Shown here piece by piece: positions 58,220 to 64,000 of a DNA stretch of 64,000 nucleotides. How positions within the stretch are numbered: position 1 is the first letter of the stretch; the number at the start of each line of letters is the position of its first letter. A program made the position numbers and the translations under genes. Location: positions 81,096,001 through 81,160,000 of the forward strand of contig NC_058379.1 of NCBI RefSeq assembly GCF_018350175.1, in the 5' to 3' direction. The notes under the pieces were generated by a model. It saw nothing but the letters and a program-made list of their open reading frames with translations, ran no database searches and was not told where the DNA came from. Source of the stretch: Felis catus. Lineage: Eukaryota.

Positions 58220-59753
58220 ACAAAGATGAATATAAAACATGGAACCTGCCTGGAAGAGAATTATGCTTTGGAAGCAAAGACAGAAATATAAAAAAATAAT
58301 TCACCTCACAGCATGATAAGGGAAACAGAAATATGAATGTCGTGTGTTTAATATCTTTATACCTCTGCTATAATTGCAAGATTAGAAAGCACGAGGAAAA
58401 TAAAGACAATTGATTTGTCAATAGTGTGAGAGAAAAATTCAAATTTATTGTTGAGACTGCAGAATGTCATTAATGATGCCGGATTTTCTTCCCTCTGCAC
58501 GATAACCTTGAATTTGAGAACCCAAGTGCTTTTGCTTCATTAGAGGTTAAATAATGAATCACTTATTTGGAAAGAACTGTAGGCAAAAATATGGCGATAT
58601 TCTTATTGATATCAAAGTTAGTTTTTCCTTTTTCTCCTGAATAAAAATTGCCAATTAGCCCCTGCCTTTAAAGTTATGGCGATATGGTAGGAGGTGATAC
58701 TGGGGACAGTAAGTACGAAATGACCTAAGTCAGGTCTAATTTGGAATAAAGTTGTTTGCAATCACGAAGTTCCCATCTATTTCTATGACACAATTGCATG
58801 GGTTTTAATGCAACGTGTGGGAGATTTTTAAGTAATTGTTCCGTGTAGAGAAGCGATCTCTCAGCAGATTAGAGGAGTCTTGGAAGGACGCACTGGAGCT
58901 CAAGATGTTCCTTGGCAGAGAGGTTGGTCAGAGCAGTGCTGATGGATGCCCAGTGGTGGCCACTGGTCAGAGACACCAATGAGACCAATAATACGTGTTT
59001 AATTATTTTATTATCCTTATTTTACATTATTATTTTCTTATTTATTAGAAGAACATCTTCCTGTCATGAAACTATGTGGTGGGTTAGTCGAGCCATGGTC
59101 CTGCGGAGCACAGGATTATCTGCGCCAACGGCAGCGCGTGGTGTAGGAAGAAAGACGGTGGCTTTGATGTTGGACCGAACGGCCAGATTTGTAGACCAGC
59201 TGTGTCACTTAATGATTGGATTTAAAATGAAGACAATTTCCAGCTTACAGGGTTGTTGAGAATTAGAGACGTTTGTGAAATGCCATGCATATTGTAGGCG
59301 AATTAAATGGTAGCTATCATTATAAAGTCATCACAGGTGGGATAGTATTAATTCCCTGAGCTGAATAGATTTTTGAAGGGCCTTATTATTTTAAAGATTA
59401 TTTCAACTCTGTTTGGAAATAATGATGACTGAAGTAAATTATGTACAAGTTTTTCAAGTTTTGGAGTATTAAGAAGCAGCTTACATCAGCAATCAGCCTT
59501 TGGGCTTAGACTTAGCTGAACTAACTTCTTTGTGTGGTAGATGTTTTCCAGAGCGGATGTAAAGAACCTCCTGTTAATGCTTAGGGAACATCCTAATTGC
59601 ATCTGGAGACTACATTTCATTGTCAGAAGTTAGTCTTCAATTTTCAATAGCATCCTGGTTCTTGTGTTAAACACAAAGTTGCAGTGTCTGAAAATTTGCT
59701 GCCATGCTTAGTAATACATCTGCAGTACATTTTAAAATAATTACACTATAGAG

Positions 59754-59955
59754 GGGCGCCCGGGTGGCTCAGTCGGTTAAGCGTCCGACTTCAGCTCAGG
59801 CCATGATCTCACAGTTCGTGAGTTCAGAGTCCCAAGTCGGACTCTGTGCTGACAGCTCAGAGCCTGGAGCCTGCTTCAGATTCTGTCTCCCTCTCAGAGC
59901 TCATGCTCTGTGTCTGTCTCCTTTAAAAATAAATAAACATTAAAAATTTTTTTAA
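59754..59955 (+). mobile_element. CanSINE (internally deleted)
   Basis: GGGGCGCCCGGGTGGCTCAGTCGG head, A-tail. Confidence 0.88.
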
Positions 59956-61004
59956 GTAGAATTAAACTTTAAATATATATATAATTTATGTATAAATATA
60001 TATACATACATCAATATATAGAAAAGTCATATATAACCGTATTATTATGGACCCTTCCTGTACAGCTTCTTTCACTCAACATTGTATTGTGAGATCCATG
60101 TTACTATGGGGTGACTAGAGTTCACTCAGACCCATGGGTGTGCGTATGCCGTTGTAGGACGTGTAACCCGCAAGCTGTTTATCTTACTGATGATGGACAT
60201 TTGGTTTGCTTCTGAGTTTGGGCTGTGACAGAAGTGTTTCTATGAATGTATTTGTGCACACAGTTTTTTAAATCTGAAAATGATTTTGCATCTCTGGAAA
60301 ATATCTGTTATGGTTACATTTTAGTATGATGATGATTAGATCTCTACTGTCCATTTATTGGTAAGTTGGTCCCACTTGTAAATCCAGCGGATTTGGAGAC
60401 TGGTTTAGTCCTACTGTTTTCAGATTAGTACTGATGTAAAGGGGTTTTTGGTAAGGACAAGAAAACTGACCTTAGAGTTCTTTTTATTTTACTTTATCTT
60501 TTGTTGTGACAACATGACATGACTTTTACTGCCCACCAAAGCTTATCTCTAGTGAATAAAAACAGTGTTAAGTGGACTTAAAAATGTGAACAGTATTATA
60601 TTTTTAAATTGGCTGTTTGAATATTATTAGGATAATATTCAAATAAGTCTTGATGAGGGCTGTTTGAAATTTTTTTCCTACATAATACTCTTTTGCTTTT
60701 TCCATTTCATTTTGTGAATTAACACCGTATTCTCCTATCTATGCTCTTATATCCCCACTGGAGCTGCTTCTAATGTAGTACGTGCTCTATCAGAGGGTGG
60801 ATTTCTCAGAGGCAGAGATTGGGTCACATTCATTTCATCCTTTGATGTGTCATCACTGCCCCCCAATGGGAGAACTTGATAAATGTTTAAAGAGCAATTA
60901 GGTCACTGTCAAATTTGGCCAGTTTCTGATTTAAAAACAAGCAAAACGACAACAGCACTCCAAAGGTAATTACCAGATGCCATTTTAATAAAGTTGTTAT
61001 TATT

Positions 61005-61223
61005 TTTTTTAAATTTTTTTAATGTTTATTTATTTTTGAGACAGAGAGAGACAGAGCATGAACGGGGGAGGGTCAGAGAGAGAGGGAGACACAGAATCTG
61101 AAGCAGGCTCCAGGCTCTGAGCTGTCAGCACAGAGCCCGATGCGGGGCTCGAACTCACGGACCGTGAGATCATGACCTGAGCTGAAGTCGGACGCTTAAC
61201 TGACTGAGCCACCCAGGCGCCCC
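61005..61223 (-). mobile_element. CanSINE
   Basis: Near-consensus body; TSD TAAAGTTGTTATTATTT. Confidence 0.93.
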
Positions 61224-61234
61224 TAAAGTTGTTA

Positions 61235-61440
61235 TTATTTATTTATTTACATCCCGATGAGTTAGCATATAGTGCAATGATGATTTCAGAAGTAGATTCC
61301 ACTGATTCATCTCTATGTATAACACTCAGTGCTCATCCCAACAAGTGTCTTCCTTAATGCCCCTTACGCATTTAGCCCATCCTCTCACTGATAACCCCTC
61401 CAGCAATAAAGTTATGTTTCTATATTTTAGAGTTTTCTAT
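61235..61440 (-). mobile_element. Carnivore L1 3' end fragment
   Basis: AGTTAGCATATAGTGCAATGATGATTTCAGAAGTAGATTCC...AACACTCAGTGCTCATCCCAACAAGTG. Confidence 0.75.
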
Positions 61441-62859
61441 AACCCCAGGCAAGATTTTCCTATAATAAATGCTCACCTATAGTCATCTAACATATACTGC
61501 GATTTTCAGGCTGGTTTTCTATTACTACCATTCTCACTTCTCCCTTGGAAGGCAGGGCAGAATTAAAGCTCCATAGACTCTCATGGAAACTCAGAACCAG
61601 TCCATGGGGTAGAAGCAGATAAGGCTCAGAAAAGGGACTTGTTGCTGGGGGAGAACATGATAGTATTTGGAGCCAGGTCGGGAAACTCCTGAGACAAAAT
61701 TTAGCATGGGCTCCTCGTTCTTTATGCACCAATGGGCAGAGAGAGTTTGAGGGTGCACTGCAGCTCCCAGCGTGAATAAGGGTAGCAGCAGAATTAGAAA
61801 TGGGTACAAAACACCGCATATTCCAGGAGAGAGCAGGCCTGGGCGCGGAGAGGTCATAGCCTTGCCTTTCTCCGGGACAACTTCGTGACTGGGTGCAAAT
61901 CACTTCACCGCTTCGGGCCTCGGGTTTTTTCATCTCAAGAAGAAGGGAGTTGGCCTGCATGAGCAATCACGTCCTTTTCACAGCAGGTTAAGACTCCAGT
62001 TGTTCAGTTCCATGCATCTCGTGCCAGAAAGGAACATCCCACCCCTCTGATGCCTGAGGCACATCCACACAAAGAAACAGGGTAAAGTTGAGCAAATGGC
62101 TGGAACATTTTTTAAAGAGCCAGATTGGGATAATGCAGTTTTTAATCCAAATCTCTTCTTTTCCTTTAGTGTTGTGTCTCTAGGCTTCTTTAATAGCAAT
62201 GAACAAAGAGCCAGAATATCCACTGCTTTTTCCTTTGATGCCAAATGTTTTAGTTAAATATCCACCTTGGTTATACGAACGAGGTTTTAAAAAACATCAG
62301 ACTACTTTTTATCCAAAATTTCATGATTTAACGAAAGCCTGTGCAATCCCCTCAAACCAGACCACCTTGACTTTATCTGATTTCTCCACTTTCTTAGTAA
62401 ATTTGTTCCTAAATGGGTAATGCCAGCCACTGTTGTAGAGTGAATATGTTGGATGTGTAGATTTCTGAGGTGTGAGGCATTACTGAATTTCCAGGCATGC
62501 TCAGGACATAGGTTTCTTGGAAAACACATAACTGAACCCAGTTTTATCAGTACAGAATGAGAAATACACGTCATGTGCAAATTTGGCAGGAAAAAAAACG
62601 TAAGGATAAAAATGGACTGTAAGCTGAACAAGGGGGAAAAACACCAACGTATAGTGGGCGTGTGTTTGGTCAGCCTACCCTATACTGAGGGCAACTTAGC
62701 AGAAATAGAAGCTACAGCAGAAACAGTACGTAGATTAGGCCAACGTGTGTGATTCGATTCTTCAATTCTTTACTCATCTGGTATAAAGGGACTGCCAATA
62801 TCTAGCCTGGAGAGTTGTGGGGTTAAAGCTAATATATGTAAAACATATGTCTGGCATAT

Positions 62860-63087
62860 TTTATTTTATTTTATCTATTTTATTTTATTGATCTTACTTA
62901 TTTTTGAGAGACAGAGACAGAGCATGAGTCGGGGAGGGACAGAGAGAGAGGGAGACAGAATCTGAAGCAGGTTCCAGGCTCTGAGCTGTCAGCACAGAGC
63001 CCAACATGGGGCTTAAACCTACAAACTGTGAGATCATGACCTGAGCTAAAGTCGGGCACTTAACCAACTAAGCCACCCACGCGCCCT
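62860..63087 (-). mobile_element. CanSINE
   Basis: (TTTTA)n tail, full body. Confidence 0.9.
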
Positions 63088-63384
63088 TATCTAGCATATT
63101 CTAAAAAAGGTATCTCATGTTATCTATTTGAATTAGGTTTATAGACTAAAAAGGCCCATATCAAACTGGGATGATTCTAGAACCAATGTACACTGGTCAA
63201 TGCAGTAACGATTTCTTAATGTTTACTATGTGCCACATGTCTGATGATAAAAAAACACAAACAAGAGGGTTCACATTTCCCTCTAGGAAATACACAATAT
63301 CCATAGACAAAATGACAAAAGAAAAGACATTTCATCGGAGAGGGATGGTCCAAAGTGAGATCTATGTAAGATTTTCTTTTTTTC

Positions 63385-63591
63385 CCCAATGTTTTTTAAA
63401 AATTTATTTTGGGAGAGAGAGCATGAGCAGAGTAGATAGGGGCAGAGAGAGAGGGAGAGAGAGAATCCCAAGCAGGCTCTGCACTGTCAGTGTAGAGCCC
63501 AATGTAGGGCTTGGTCTCATGAACTGTGAGATCATGGTATGATCCGAAATCAGGAGTTGGATGCTTAACCGACTGAGCCACCCAGGCGCTC
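63385..63591 (-). mobile_element. CanSINE
   Basis: Perfect 17-bp TSD CTATGTAAGATTTTCTT (63362-63378, 63592-63608). Confidence 0.92.
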
Positions 63592-64000
63592 CTATGTAAG
63601 ATTTTCTTGATACTTCTAGAATAGATTATTGTGGGGGGCAAGGAATCTATCCTCAAGGAGTCACTTCCTTATGTTGGTTCTATATCACCTGTGGTTCAGC
63701 GTAGAATTTCTAAACTCCCAACATCTTTCAAGATCAATGATCTCTTGAACAATATCAATGACTGACAGGAGCACCTCAAGTCCTACAGGCTGCATGTGGA
63801 GTGAGTCAGAAGGATGTGAGGTGACCAAGGACATGGCCCATGACCATTTGCTGGGCATTCCTCAATCCTAGCATGCTGAGGGGAGAGCACAGGCAGAAGA
63901 CTGAAGCAGAACCGGGAATAGCCTATGGAGAAGGAGGTGGAATGAAGTTTTCTTGATTGCAAACTTGACTTTGAGGACACGGTTGCCTGTAAATTTGTCT

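Noticed and set aside
62493-62513. Possible p53/p63 response element (AGGCATGCTC)
   Set aside because: One perfect half-site only; the neighbouring decamer has a CATA core rather than CWWG.
21975-63591. Excess of minus-strand SINEs downstream of SERPINB5 as evidence of an unannotated long + strand transcript
   Set aside because: The bias is modest outside the gene body, two minus-strand elements were flipped by the inversion, and counts are too small.
51700-64000. SERPINB12 coding exons
   Set aside because: No serpin-like peptide (MDSL...FCFDLF-type start) in the ORF track or on inspection; coding exons, if nearby, lie beyond the window.

Overview
Mammalian genomic DNA from a felid, most likely domestic cat or a close relative, judged from the Fc-type CanSINEs. 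The + strand carries all six coding exons of SERPINB5 (maspin; 4091-20186, 1128 nt, 375 aa, intact frame), one intron with a non-canonical GC donor, and a ~1.4 kb 3' UTR with two poly(A) signals. The non-coding first exon appears to lie upstream of the window. The remaining ~42 kb is repeat-rich sequence (about 38 CanSINEs, LTRs, hAT DNA transposon relics, L1/L2/MIR fragments, one 160-N gap) running toward the expected position of SERPINB12, whose coding exons are not in the window. The most striking structure lies ~2.2 kb past the poly(A) signal: a ~1.85 kb inversion that can be reconstructed from the sequence alone. It has a 324-bp inverted duplication at the breakpoints, and one SINE is split into oppositely oriented halves that still carry matching target-site duplications. 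Other leads are a CpG/CRE-rich segment holding the window's longest ORF, a palindromic double AP-1 + KLF site, a G-quadruplex downstream of the poly(A) site, and a near-identical inverted pair of young SINEs next to the gap. Repeat family names come from recalled consensus motifs, not a database search. Counts are by hand.
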